A stretch of 64,000 bases of DNA. It comes from Raillietiella orientalis. Its lineage: Eukaryota. A model generated the notes under the pieces. That model was not told where the DNA came from, searched no databases, and worked only from the letters and a program-made list of their open reading frames with translations. Positions 47,721-60,300 of the stretch are shown here, piece after piece; positions within the stretch are counted from its first letter, which is position 1; every line of letters starts with the position of its first letter. The stretch is from NCBI GenBank assembly GCA_036172245.1, contig JAYWIR010000088.1, positions 1 to 64,000 of the forward strand, in the 5' to 3' direction. The position numbers were made by a program, and so were the translations under genes.

Positions 47721-48059
47721 GGTTTCCATGGGGGTCGACGGCCTCTCCACTCTCGGTGCCTGCATCCTGGCAGCTGGTCTTGCTGCTCGGGACGACTGCA
47801 GGTCTTCCACCGCGGACTCCTCGGTGCTCCTGGTGCTGAAGATGGTCCCCGGTTGCACTATGTCCACACTTGTTTTTCTTCACACACTTGCCCTCTTGGG
47901 GCACTCAAAAATTGCCGCGGCAGTGAGGTTAGTCACTGCCTTGGCGGGGTATTGGGTATAGTTTTCAACTAGCAATAATCGCGCCTCCCTAAAGATCAGC
48001 GGCGGCGATACTGCCCGTGAGCAAGGTTGGATTTGAAAGTGTTTATGATGCCCCGATTC

Positions 48060-48660
48060 AAATGCTTTTGCTTTGGCGTAGTTGATTGGGTGTTTGTTCT
48101 GTATCGTGGAATTATTTTTTGATTCTTGGAATCATGTGTGTTACTTTTTGTCGGTGGTTTTTCTGATTTTGTTAAATATGGTGAGTCGTTTTCTGTGTGT
48201 TTTGGTATATTTTTTGGAAAATGTTTTTTTAATCGATAATTTTTAGATTTTTAATTGCTTCCCCTCTATTGGCATTTTTTTGAACTTTTTTCCTGTTGTT
48301 CCAAGGATGGGCTTGTGTTGAGGTTGTTTGTTTTTTTTCTAGTTATTTGTTAATTCTTAATTCTTAGTTTTTAGTTTTTGATTTTTATTTTGTTGTGGTT
48401 TTTATTTTGCCGTTTAATTGTTATTCCTTTTTTTGCTTTCTATTTCGTTTACTAGATGGCGTTGCCTTCGCTTTGCTCGTTCTGTGGTTTCCTATTTCTT
48501 GATTTCTATTCCGATAGCTGTTGATGGCTATTTTAATTTTTTTCGTTTTATTTCTTTTGTGTTTGTTTTTGTGTTTATGTTTCATGCTTGGGAAATTTCG
48601 GAATTGTCGTTCGTGTTTTTTTTTTTTTTCGCCGAGTGTTTTTCTCATTTTTTTCTGGAT
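48060..48660. other. T-rich low-complexity tract
   Basis: Strong plus-strand T excess and an abrupt change from the GC-rich retroelement nest. Confidence 0.75.
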
Positions 48661-51600
48661 TGGTCGTTTAGGCACCCTTTATTGCGTGGGTTGCGTGAGT
48701 TGTCGCTTTGAGGTCGTTGGTGATTTCCCTCCGAGGGAGGTTCAGTGGTTTTTCCTCGCCTGGGATTTCGTGGAATTACTTTTTGTATTAAGTGATCTGC
48801 GCGTTTTTGGAACGTGAGTTTGGTGGTTATCCGTTTTGAGTGTGACAAAAGCCGAATTTCTTAGGTTGAGGATGTTTCCAGGTGTATTCCAAGAACGGAA
48901 ATCAAGTGCTTGCCGTTTATCAAAACACTTTTGGGGTGATGCCAACCAAACAAAAAATCCTAAACAAATTGATGAAATTGATAATTGATGAAAATGATAA
49001 TCTTCCTCAATTGGAGCTTCAGTTCTCCTTCCTCAACTGGGGCTTCGAGTGATTACTTTTGGCAGGAAGTGATCTGTGCGAGATGCGAACGTGATTTTGG
49101 GGGTTTTCCATTTTGAGGGTGACTGCCAGAAGCAGAATTACCAAGGGTGAAGCTGCCTGCACGAATACCCCGACAACGAAAAGCAACTCCTTGTGCGTTC
49201 CAGATCAAGGCATTTGCGTTGATGGGTCCTTGCCGTTCCGGAAAGGTCGGCTGTCTTGGGGACGGTGTACACACCTTCCAGGAGGAGTCATCCCGGAACG
49301 GAACCCTTCGTCTGACGCGACGGTCCATCTGGCTTGGGATTTCTGTGCACACGTTGGCAGGAGCGCGGGACGCGGTCCGAGCGGTGCTCCCCAGCGCGAG
49401 ACTGCGACTCGCATCGTTCTCGAACTTTCTCGCGACCTGTTCGGCGAGGCGTGTACATTCGGTGTGGATCACTCGCACGCACGCGTGGAACTCGCGCGGA
49501 AACCACGCACTTGTGAGGCGGACATCCTATTTGAAATGCGGCGGCGGCAGAGACTTGGCACTCCTGAAGACGTCGACTTCTCTAAAGAGAGGTCAGCACT
49601 TAACCGCGGAGTGATGTTGTTGAAGTGGCCGGACAAAAGGGGTGTACTGTTTCTCAGTACGGTACGTGGCAATCTTACTCTGCTCCCCTATGTGTGTAAC
49701 GGTCTTCTTGATTGGAGGATGGATCGCGTTACTGCGGATCTGGAAAACAGCTGTCGATATCCATTGCTCTTCTTCCAAGGAACGCTCAGTCTTTTCTTGA
49801 ATCCCTCCATTGGCTGTTTGGACACTGTCGACCTTTCCCGGGTTTTCGTGGTCATATCTCTTGTGATGTACCGCTATGCCTTTAAGGGGCGCTCTTCTGC
49901 TTGAGAACGTCATCACGCGTCCTCGCGATGCACTTAAAGTCTTTACAGTTTTGCAGTCTCCGCAGCTGCCTTGGCTCTTTCCTCCCCTTTTCTGGTACAT
50001 CATAGGCCTCTTGCATCTTCGCTCTTCTTCTTCTCCTTGTGGTTTTCTGCATGCTGACTTTGCTATTGGCGTTGTATGCTCGTCTGCCTTTCGCTGGTGC
50101 CAAGTCTTTCTGTCGTTTGCAAAATGTTTTGCGAGGCTCATGTTTTGCCATTTGCTGTCGTCTGTCGCATCCTCCCGCTTATTGGTTTCTTAAGCATGGT
50201 GTCCCTGTGCCACGCAATTTTTTTGCCGTCTGGTTGGTCCATTTGTGGCTCAGGGGTTTGAAGGTGCTCTTTCAAGACGGCCGTGAAAGGGAAACGTGAA
50301 TGCATGCGTCGTAAGATGGTGAACTGTGGGACGAGTCTCTCGGAAGGCAACAGCCACTGAAAGAGGTAACCGACACCTCGAGCGAATGACCACTTGGCTC
50401 CCGGGAGCATTCGGAAAGAAGTCCGGCTGCAAGCGTGCGAGGTGTTCTTTTGGTGCAGTCGCCACTTGGAGGACGCGTGACATCCTGCGAAATGGGAGGA
50501 GCCGAGTCTTGTGATCCGGGAACGCTGGGAATGGGTATGACGAGGAATCCTTCGGGAGTTGGTGTCTCAGATCGTCGTTCCTTGCGCTGCATCCCGTTGG
50601 TCGGGTCGCTCGCGGGCTTCTTGGTGGTTCCGACGGAAAGAAGTGATTCCCCTGTTTGCTCCTTTTTTTTTCGTGGGTGTGTTATTTGTTGTTGTTGTTC
50701 CCCTGTTGGCGATCCACCTACCTCCGTTTCCGAGGTGGCGTTCTGGGATAGCTGCTCGTTCCTGTTCTTATCCCCTCCTGCGTGGGCGTTTCTTCGGGGC
50801 GACGTATTCGCGACGGCGACGGGCGGCAGCGCTCTGCTGCTTCTGGGCAACGGCAAGTTGTTTCCGGTGCTTCCCGGAAAAGGGGAACCGACTTTCGGAT
50901 CACAGTGGAAGGAGTAGGGTCCGGGGGTGGTGCCAGGATCTCAGTCGGGACACCGTCCGCTCGGATTCCTCAAGTCCCTGGGATTCGGCTTCCTTGTTTT
51001 CTCCAAAGTGGAAGCTGTCCCTCCGCGCCGTGCCTCCTCCCTCGAAGAATATCGTCCGAATGTTTGCTATTGCATTGGATTTGATTTTTTGCTTGTTCGC
51101 CTGCTCGCAAGTTGGCTTGTTTGTTTGTTCTCTGTTTCCCTTGGAGACGGGTTACGTCTGTCAAGCGGGAAAGCAGGGTTGCCAATTCTGGCGGTATTCT
51201 CTCTAGATCTTACATTTTGGGAAACCGATTGAACTCCTCCCGCAGAGCGGCATCTCTATCGGTTTTCATATCGCTGGCCGCCAAATTTTGCGGGTTTTCC
51301 GTTCAAGCAGCGAAAATCGCGCAAAATTCTTGAATTGATGTTTTAAATTATCTGAAATGGAATTCCGGGTTTTTTTTATCCTGTCTTGTTTCAATCCGGG
51401 CGGATGTGGAGTCTCATTAAAATAAATTACGGTGCACTGTGGTTGAGCATGACTTTATTTTGGATTTTGAAAATATTGAATTTTGGATATTTAGATTGTG
51501 ATTTTCGTAGCGCTTCGGCAGCTCCTTGGAGTGTTTTGCTACGGTTGACAGACCGCTCTTCCGCAGTCCGACCGGTGGCGTGCTGAATTCATCATGCTGT

Positions 51601-51950
51601 CGTGGCAATGCCACCAAACCTCTTCGCCTTGGCGACCGGCGTGCCGCTTTCCATTCCACTGCGTCCAGGTGATTCGCGCCAGATGTTTGAGGCCTGGGAT
51701 CTTCACGTTGGCGGCGATCAGGTCGGCTCGCATGCCCGCGTGGAGGGCTGGTGCCGAGTTCGATTCCCGTGATCTCGGAGCCTCCGCTTGACCGCACGGA
51801 GCCTTCGGCTGTGCATCGATAGCGGGCTATTGCGTTCCGTGACCAGATGCTTCGCTGACCTGCCCCGACTTGGTAGCGAGCCCTTCGAGGTCCTCCCCAG
51901 GAACCACAGAATGGTCCCGGTTCCCTTCCCGATACCTACGACGCACCGTT

Positions 51951-52017
51951 TCCCGCGTTGGCGGCCGTGAGGCTGCGGTCCCCTCCGAGCGTCGAGGGTT
52001 CGAATCCCGCCCTGGGA
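51951..52017 (+). pseudogene. Degenerate tRNA-like sequence (pseudo-tRNA or SINE head)
   Basis: Box-B GGGTTCGAATCCC, box-A-like TGGCGGCCGTGAGG, ends TCCCG..TGGGA can pair; anticodon arm not canonical. Confidence 0.4.
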
Positions 52018-52106
52018 GGGAGCCGAGAAATCGATGCGTCGTGAGTTTCGAGTTCTTCATGCAGATGACGCTGATTTCTCTGTAACTTCGGGCGCGGCTA
52101 CACTGA

Positions 52107-52740
52107 TTGACACCCGGTCACGCCGGGCCTTTGTTTATAAAAAAATGAACGAACACGTCTGTGGAAGGGTGTTCGATCCTGCCCTGCGTCACCTATAACT
52201 ATGAGGAGGAACCTGCCGGGAACTGGCGCCCAGGTCAGAGCGTTCCCCTCGGCAGCACAGGGGAAGGAGAGACAAAGAAAAAGAAAAAAAAAATCAAACA
52301 AAAAACATGCAGTCAAAAAAAATGTGGAGAGATGGGGTTGAGAAGGGATCACTGTGTGCTGGACGGCGTCCTCTGCATCCTTGTAAGGATGCCTGCAAGT
52401 TTCTGTTTCGACACTCCCAGGTGGGGCCATCTTGACGCTGTCCTCATGAAGAGGACAGCAAAACAGATGGCGTGGCTGTCGTCCTCGCCTCCTCTGGCGT
52501 TGCTGCTCCATGCAGCCACGGTCCTGCCGCGTGGGCAGCAAAGTGCTGCTGGGGATGCGGCCGGCGTGAGGGCGTCCCTCAGGAGGAGGCGCTTTAAAAC
52601 GTTTCTGGGTTGCCGCCGAGGTTTCCAAGGACAGTGGTCAAGCGTCCCCGAAGGGGCCGAGGTAAGGCATAACACCAGTCCAGAGTTCCGGAGCCAAATA
52701 TGCGATCGGGCGCTCCCCGGTGAAGGCGCGAAGCCTCGGG
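52107..52740 (-). mobile_element. 5'-truncated copy of the same LINE group (ORF2 C-terminus plus 3' UTR)
   Basis: DALTPAASPAALCC.RG.VAAWS..RTASRWPHL; ends GGCCCGG-CGTGA-CCGGGTGTCAA. Confidence 0.85.
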
Positions 52741-53769
52741 AAAGTAGCAGCAGCAGCCCCCCCGGTTATGCAGGAGGTGGTTCGCCGCAGCAGCCCCCCG
52801 GAAGGCGTTCGCTCCGCTTCGTCGTGGCCGCCGCCACGCCCATCCGCGCTCGCTCCGCACTCCCTTAAGGCCATCCTATCCGTCCTCAGCAGCAGCAGCA
52901 GCGTGCGACCCCCCGTCCGCACCATCTGGAACCCTTCGCGTAACCACGATGGCGTGCCGCCTGTCTTGCTCGTATACGAACCCCATGCTCATAGCCCTCC
53001 TCCTTGCGGGTGGGGACGCACCCACCCCTGTTCTCATTCACTCCTTTGATGCTGACGTCATCATTCCCTTTCCCGTTTGCTTCGGAGACGTCCTCCACAT
53101 CTCATTTCGTATCTCATTTCTCATTCCTCCCACGTTCAGCCCGAAACTCCCGTTCGTTGCGTTTCCTCTCCCCCAGCCCCTCGCTTATCCTCGCTTCACG
53201 CCCTCCTTTCCCCTGAGCCTCGCCCTCCTTTCCCCTGGTCTTCCACCCACCCTTCTCCTCCAAAATTTGGCTCCTGTGAACCAACATCCCCGTAGACGCC
53301 CTTTCCATCTCTCCAGTCGCCGTCTCCCTCATCGCCCGCCAGTTCGGAGAGTCCTCTCCGTCAGTGGCGAACCTCAGTCAAACACACACACAGACGTGAG
53401 GGATGCGTCATCCGACCGCTTCCCGTTTCCAGGAAACCTCACCATCATCCAATCATGACTTCGACACGGTGCACTGACCACCACCACTGCGGAAGCCACT
53501 ATGTCGTCCAGAGTTCGCGTCTCTGCGGGAAACACTGTGGCTGGCAGATGTCCCGCATCCCGTCCTCCCGCCAGTGGCATTTTTCACGGCCGAGGAAGCG
53601 TCGCATCCTCCACGCTTCCACTCGCAGCCATCTTTGTCTCTCAGCCATTCTCCTCACCTACTCGTCGCCTATTAAAAAAGATGCTCCCATGCTTTTCTTG
53701 CTCGTCCCGCAACAAAGAAAGCGCGTTGTTTCTCCCTTCTGGATGTTATTCTGATGTTTGCCTTTGCGC

Positions 53770-54380
53770 ATAGTGTTCTTTTTCCGTATTTGTTGTTTAT
53801 TTTCTCCAGCAGAATGTTAAAATTGCTCCTTTTTTCAAAGCTAATTTCTCGAGTCTTTTGTTTTACTTGAGAATTTTCATGTGCAATTTTTGGTTTCTTC
53901 TTAATATGTGTGGATTTATTTGTTTTTTGTTTGATTCACATTTGTTTTTCTTTTGCCATCTGGCGTCCTTCCTTGAAATTATCTTTTTTGAGTTGTATGT
54001 GTTTGTTCGTTTGTTTTTTTCCTTGCTTTGTAAAATTTTCTGATCTGCTCTTTGCGTGATGATTTGTCGTGTTTTTCTTGTGTCTTCGCTTTTTGTTGTG
54101 TTTTTCTAGTTTTTCTTCTTGCTGCGTGTTTTTGTTGAAATGTTGACTCTGTTTGTTTCTGCGGCTGCTAGATGGTGCGTGCTGCACTTTATGCGTGTTT
54201 TTTGTGATGGTTTCGTATTGGATTGCGGGTGCCGAATGTTTGCCTTTGCCTTCCTGTTTGCTGCGTTCCTGTCCTGCGTGTGCGTCTGCCATGCATTGGT
54301 CCTTGATGATTGCCCATCTTCGCTTTTTTCCATCTTGTGTTGGAGTGCCTTTTTTTTTTGCTTTCTCTCATAAATTCATT
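53770..54380. other. T-rich low-complexity tract
   Basis: Plus-strand T/G-rich, similar in composition to 48060-48660. Confidence 0.7.
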
Positions 54381-57300
54381 TCGAACGTCATTGAATTGTA
54401 CGTGCAGGTGTTTGCCTTTTGCTGGTCGCGGTGCGGAGCTGCGGCCGGAGGTCGAGATTTTCGGTCCATGGCTGCTCTTTCGAGATGATTCCCCCTTGCT
54501 TGTGCGCATTCCTAAATCGTCGACTGGGTAGCTCGTTCCGTCTTTGCTCCGGGCCTTCCGTGTGCTCTCGGCAAGGTTTCTTCCGCTGGAGTTCGGTCCG
54601 GCTTGAGTTTCGTCCGTGGTCGTGGTGGATGAGTGGTTTCGGACTCTTGTCGTGATAGGTGAGAATGTGGTCCACCTCTGCTGCGGCTCTCACTGCTGGT
54701 TCCCGGATGTCCGAAGCGAATTCGGGGCTCCTCCTCAAAGTTGCCCTCTTGCAGGGCAAGCGGCGATGGCTGCTTCGACCCAGGGGCTTTTTCTTTCCCT
54801 TCCTCGCAGTGCCGTCTGCCTTGCAGCGGCTGTCCGGGTGCACCCTGCAGGTGTTCCTGCAAAGAGCGTGTCGGATGCGGCCGGGCAGCGAGGGAGTTTC
54901 CAGCCCTCCGTCGCCGATGTCGGGCGGACCCCACCCGACTGCTCCCGGATTCGCTGCTCTTATGATGCTCCCGCGCTTTCTGGAGCGCTCGCGCGGTCCT
55001 CCTTGCCGTTGGCGCTGTGATCTGCCGCCTCGTTGGTGCCTCTTCTCCGAAAGCATTCCTCTCTTCGGTTCGAAGGGCGTTTTTTCGCGTGAATGAAATC
55101 TTCGCCGGATGCTTCTCGTCCTCCTCCGGGACTTAACGTTCCGCGGTTCCCGTTTTCCCTGCAGGCGTAGGTCTCTTCCTGTCGGCTTCGTCGGCACCTC
55201 GTCCCGAGTCGTCACGGGCGCCGGATGTCAAGTCAGATGCTTCCGCTGTTGCCCGTGGCTCTTCCCCCCCTTCCCTCCCTCCCTCCCCGCTTGCACGTTC
55301 ACGCATGTGCGAGAATGCTCTTCCGTCCTTTCTTGAACGGTTTCTTTCCGCTGCCGTCCCGAGTCAGCTGGGCTGAGCTCGGCAGGGGATGACCAGAGCT
55401 TTCTGCGACAGCGGTGGCTGCGACGCAGCCATCGCAGCTCGGCCGCCGATAGGAGATGCGCATTCGCTGTGTAACCGCGGAGACCCTCCCACCTTCCTGC
55501 TTCCGATGCTGATACTCGATCCTGCACCTTCGCTTGCGGCCTTCACCGTGTGCCGATGCCGGCATTCCCGGTGGTGATTTTTTTTTTTTTTTCTCCTCCC
55601 CCGCGGTCCGCGGTGCGCTCTCCAGGTGGTCCCCCGGCCCTACCCTCCTCCCCACTGCCCTCTGTCTCCTGCCTTACCATCTCCGGAGATCGGGAAACGC
55701 TCTTCCGCGCAGGGATGCCGCCTCGCAGCCACTAGACCATCTCCCCAGTTGACCCACGGGCGTCGGCTCGCCTCGAACGAAGTTTCGGTTGGTTGCCTGC
55801 TTTTCCCGACCTGGACGGAAGGGCGTGGCACCGCCCTCTACGATGCGGAGGTCCTCAGCAGTCTCTGGACCCTGCGGGGGAGGCAGCACCTCATTTTCGG
55901 ATCCCCCGGCGGTGAGGGGCGTCCGCTCCTCGCGAATCCTCTCGACGAGGAGGGGCACTCCCGAACCCACGAGGGTTCCTCCTCCTGGATGGGCGAGGGC
56001 GCTCCCCGGGATGCAGGAAGGGGTAAGGGCGGCGGAGCGCCCGTCGGCGGTCGCAGGGCTTCCCCCTCAGAGGAGGGCGGAAAGTCCAGGGGGGCGAGAA
56101 GCCGGGCAGGGCCTTAGCAGCGTCCCACGGGCGCAGCCAGGGACGCCCCTGCGGGACGGAGGGGGTCGGACCCCGCAGGTTGGAAGCGCGGAGATGGGGT
56201 AGGATGGGACGAGGGGAGTCCACGAGCTGACCGGCGTGGCTTCGAAAGTCGGGCATCGGGCGCGCGCCCGCGTTGCCGTCGCGGGTTCGAATCCGCCCCG
56301 CCCCAGGCAGGGATCGACGCCAAGGACGGGTGGCACGTCGTGGGCTTCGAGCTTCCTCCTCGCGCCCACGGGGAGCCCCCCGGGGCTTCCAGTGCGGCGC
56401 CAGCGGGATGTCTGCGCGCCCTGGTAGGCCGGCAGGGAAACCGAAAGTGGACCCTCCTGGGTCCACCCAAGGAACCACGGAACCTCGGGACTTTCCCCTG
56501 CAGCCGTGGCTCTCGCTGGAACGAGTGAGACTCCATCCGAGGTGCCAAGATCGCTGCCGGCCGTGACGTCGAGGGCGCCGGACGCGTCGCTCCTCCCACG
56601 ACCTCGCTCTCGCGTCTTCCGACTTCTCGCGCGCATCCTTGAGATCATCTCTGCCTCGTTGCCCGAGAAAACGGAACGAGGCCTGCGGGAACGCCCGTCG
56701 CGCCTGCGGACAGAGGTGTGCGCCTGTCGGAAGTCCCGGCTGCCCTGGAAACCGATCCCTTGCTGCCGGTAGAAATGCGGGAAGCGAGGAAAGCCTCTGC
56801 CCGTGAGACTGACACGCAGTGGGCGCGTCCAAGGGTGTTCTCTTGGCCGTGCTTTCCCGCGACTCGGGCTGGCACGAGTGTGTGCCCACCTCTGGCTGCC
56901 TGCGGAAGAACTCCCACCCACGTGATGTTCTCCGGTAGGTCCACGGAAGCCGTTCGGCTTCTTCCCCTCTCCTTTCATAGATGTCGCAGGCGCCCGGGTG
57001 AGCTCCCTGCCGTTCGGACAGTCCCGTCACGCGTGTCCAGGTGGAAACGGAAACCCACTCTAATGCCAGGAGCCTATTCTGTTTTCGCGGTTCCTCTTGG
57101 ACTGGGATGGTGCAGCTCGCAGCTTCCTTTCGCCCGAAGGGCATGGCCGGTGCGGAGTGCTGGGCATCCGCCGATGGTTGCGGACGCTGGCGCGGAAGGC
57201 TGGCAAAGAAGCGGGGCAGCGAGAGAGTGGAACGTGAGGAAAGGAGGGGAGCGGATTACCACCCGTGCTTGGTGCGACTAACGCGTGTGGAAAAGGTGGT

Positions 57301-60300
57301 TGCGCGATCCGTTGCCGGGATCGTCGTAACGCAAGCTGCGCGCCTCGGCCGCGTTTCCCGCGCATTCCCAGTCCCGACTCGACTGCTTGCGGTTCAGAGG
57401 GCAGGCGGGCGGCAGGAATGCGGGTCGCCCTGACACGCAAACGAAGTTTCCGCCCAGAGATGGCGGCGAGGGCAACAGGAGGAAGGAAAATACTTGAGAC
57501 CAGGCGGCGCCACGCCCGCGGGTGTCGGGGAGGCGCTTCTCAAACACGGAGGTCCCGCAGGAGCAGAGCGAGATCAGGAAGAAGGGTTGCGGGAACGGGG
57601 TAGCCACCGGCGGACCGCCCTGCCCACAACCCGATAAGCGTCCCGAGAGCGAGCGATGGGGAGCTCCGTCGGAGCGCCTGCCTCCCCTGCTTTCCGCCCT
57701 GCCGGCACGCAGCTCGTTGGCACAGCCTTCCCTCCCCTAGGGACCCTCTTGGATCCGCATGACGTCCGCGTCGCTGCCCTCCATCGGACGCCCTGGCGGT
57801 CCAGGACTCCCCGTACACCGCGCGGCTGTGTAGGCTCTCCTGCAAGATTTCAGGAGAGTCGCGTGGAGTTCGCACCTTGGAGACGGGGCTGACGGTGTGG
57901 GACCTCGCCGCGTGCGGCGGGTTGTCGCGCGAGACTCCATGGTGCGCGCGCAGCCCTGCATGGCGACATTCAGGTTGAGCAGCGAATGACGTCACACGTT
58001 CTGCCTGCGTTCGGCTTCCTTTCTGACCGCTCTCCGATGGCTCCCCAGAGGGTCACTCGGTGCTGCGCAGGTCCCCGTTGGCCCCAGTGGGGCGCGATGA
58101 AACGAAGGAAGGGTCTTTCTTCCCTTCTCTTTCCTCGGGGGGGGCGAAGCGTTGCCGAGACGGACTGCGGTGTCGCCCCGCCCGCGGGCCTCGCGGATCC
58201 ATCCGAGAAGGTGGAGTCCTGTCGAGAATGACTGCCGGACCTGGCCGTGGTGCCACAGCTGCAGGGCGAGCCTCGGCTCGGTGCGGGCGCTTCCATCGGA
58301 TGCCTCGCCTGCCGCCCGGCCCCTGTGCACGCCCCCCGTCCTTTCTCCCGTGGAGGTAGCGCCCAGCACGCGGGCCGACGGCTCCGCCCAACCGCTCCCC
58401 AAGCAGGCCCTCGAGCGCCGGCTTTGGCGGGACGGGCGTGGAGGCGAGTCTGGCGCCCTACTCCCGCGTGGTTCCAGAGGAGGAACGCCTGTGCGCGTGT
58501 GGGGAGGAGTGGCCTTCCGTCTCGCGCGCGGACCACAGGTCCGAGCGTCACCCTGCGGCGAGTACGGGGGGAAGGGTCTCTCTCGTCGGGAGCGGCGGCC
58601 GACCCCCCGGGTGTGCGCGCACCCAGGGATAGCGCCACCCCCGCCTCCCCTCGCGCAACCAAGCAGACGCGCGCGCCGTGCACCACTCTTCGGCCAGCGG
58701 TGTGGGAGTTGGCACGCGGAGCCACCCACCGAGTTCCTCGCGCCAACTCCCTCCTCTCGCAGCCACCGGCCGGCCGGAGAAGGATGCGCGCCCCTCAGTG
58801 ATGACGCAGGCGGCGCGACAGCAACGGCACGGATGGCGGCAGATCAATCTTCGTTCTTCCCCTTTCCTGACACACCAATGCAGGCTCGAGCCGGGACGCC
58901 CGCAGGGCGGGCGCACCTCCGCGAGCGAGCGCGTGGTGCCAGTGCACCTCGCTCCCTATCCACACACGCGCGCGTGTACATACGGATGCAAAAAAAGAAA
59001 AAAAACGATCCCATCTTTCTCCTCGAAAGAAGGTTCCAGCAAGATAAAACCCCGCTCTGGCAGCGGCGGTAGGAATGTCGAAATTCCGCTCCACGGACTC
59101 GCGCGTTCTCCATAGAAATGCTGAGTAGTTCATTGGGAAATACGAAACGCGTATCATGGCAACGGCGGCCATTATCGCGCGCGTTTTCACAATCCGATTT
59201 CGCAAAGCGATAAGGCGCTCCGCAGATGCAGCGGCGAGCGCATTCCCAATGCTGCCGCCGCTTGCCGACAGGCAAGGCGTGGCAGCACTGCAGGCGGTTG
59301 CGACACCGCCGATGACGTCGTGGAGACCGGGGGGGCGCCGCGGTGGCTGCACTTCCGCAGCGCGGACCCTCCCCCCTTTTCCGGGTCGCCGAAGGAGATC
59401 CTGGCGCCGCCGCCGATGGTGCTTCGCGCGCGCGCCACGGAACGGAATGAGGTCTCGCCTGGGGCGCAACGTACACATCCGAAAGGCCATCGGAGACCGC
59501 CCGTCAACCTCTGGGTTGGACGCTTCCGCAAGCGCTAGCCCCGTGCTCCTGGAAGAAGAGGAATCCGCCCCCCCCCCCCCCCCACGTCGTCGTCGTCGTC
59601 GTCGTACGCCCGGACACGCAGTCCCTCCTCCCTCTGCCGTTCGCTCGCGTTTCGGTGCGCGCGCGCGCCGCGATTCTTCCGCTCCCTCTTCCGCTGGCGC
59701 TCGTCCGCCTGTTCGTTTACGTGGCTCGCGCAGGGTTGCCCCCTTCTGTTCTGACGTCACGGCGGCGGGGCGACGCGCGCGCGCACCGATCGTCTGCTGG
59801 TGCGCCCGCACTCCGCCAGGTGCGCCCCCTTCCACCTGTCGTTCTTCGCGTGTCGTCGGGCCGTGATGGCGCTCGCCTCGCCCCAGTGGGTCTCCTTCGG
59901 AGCGGGGAAGATGGGCACCTACCTACTCCCTACTCCCCTGTCCAACTCCCCCGATGGCGTAGCAGTCGCCTGGGGGAAAACGCGGACGGGAAGGCCCTGT
60001 CCGCCCTTCCCCCTACCTAACCTCCTCCCCCTCCCGATTCCGTTTTTTCGGGAAGAATGCGAGGGGGCGGTGCCACCGATGCCGCCGCGGGGCAGGAAGG
60101 ACGAGGAGAAGCGTCGCAACAGGTTCCGGCTGTCTGGAAAAGACCAGGGTCCCGCGCGCCGGAAAAGGGTCGGGGGAGGACACGTGACATCGCTCCGAGC
60201 GTCCCGCCGCCGCATCCCTCTCTCCCGCTCCCTTCCGGAAGCGGAAGTAACGCGCGCGGCGGTGCAGGCATGGCGGCAGCGAGGGGGTCCGACCTCCGGA

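Larger units (their letters stand above)
44271..47935 (-). mobile_element. Divergent L1-clade LINE (family F): ORF1, APE start, deletion, RT; 3' end missing
   Basis: ORF1 has three knuckles (CIRCKQFGHRAVAC, CYRCGKIGHQVRNC, CSFCKTHGH); IASWKVNG..LQETH; RT MEKAFD, RGVRQSESLSP, AYADDLL, KYLG. The 5' boundary is approximate. Confidence 0.88.

Noticed and set aside
1..47950. Bacterial RT system (group II intron, retron, DGR) or LTR element
   Set aside because: The RT is preceded by an APE domain and a CCHC ORF1 and followed by an L1-type finger. No LTRs, protease, integrase or intron structure are visible.
1..47950. Alternative genetic code explaining the in-frame stops
   Set aside because: Stops replace W, Q, E, L and R codons at mostly copy-specific positions and come with frameshifts, which is ordinary decay.
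3617..52135. Recurrent hairpin as a CRISPR repeat, terminator, or snRNA/rRNA target fragment
   Set aside because: It is not regularly spaced and always lies at the end of a LINE 3' UTR in element orientation. I recognise no U2, 5S or rRNA sequence at the junctions.
51696..56300. Functional tRNA genes
   Set aside because: Only box-B/T-arm-like parts are good; D and anticodon arms do not form a canonical cloverleaf.
56960..57005. Micro-exon (CTTCTTCCCCTCTCCTTTCATAG...GG|GTGAGC)
   Set aside because: Splice-like signals are present, but no coherent neighbouring exons or protein similarity can be established without RNA data.
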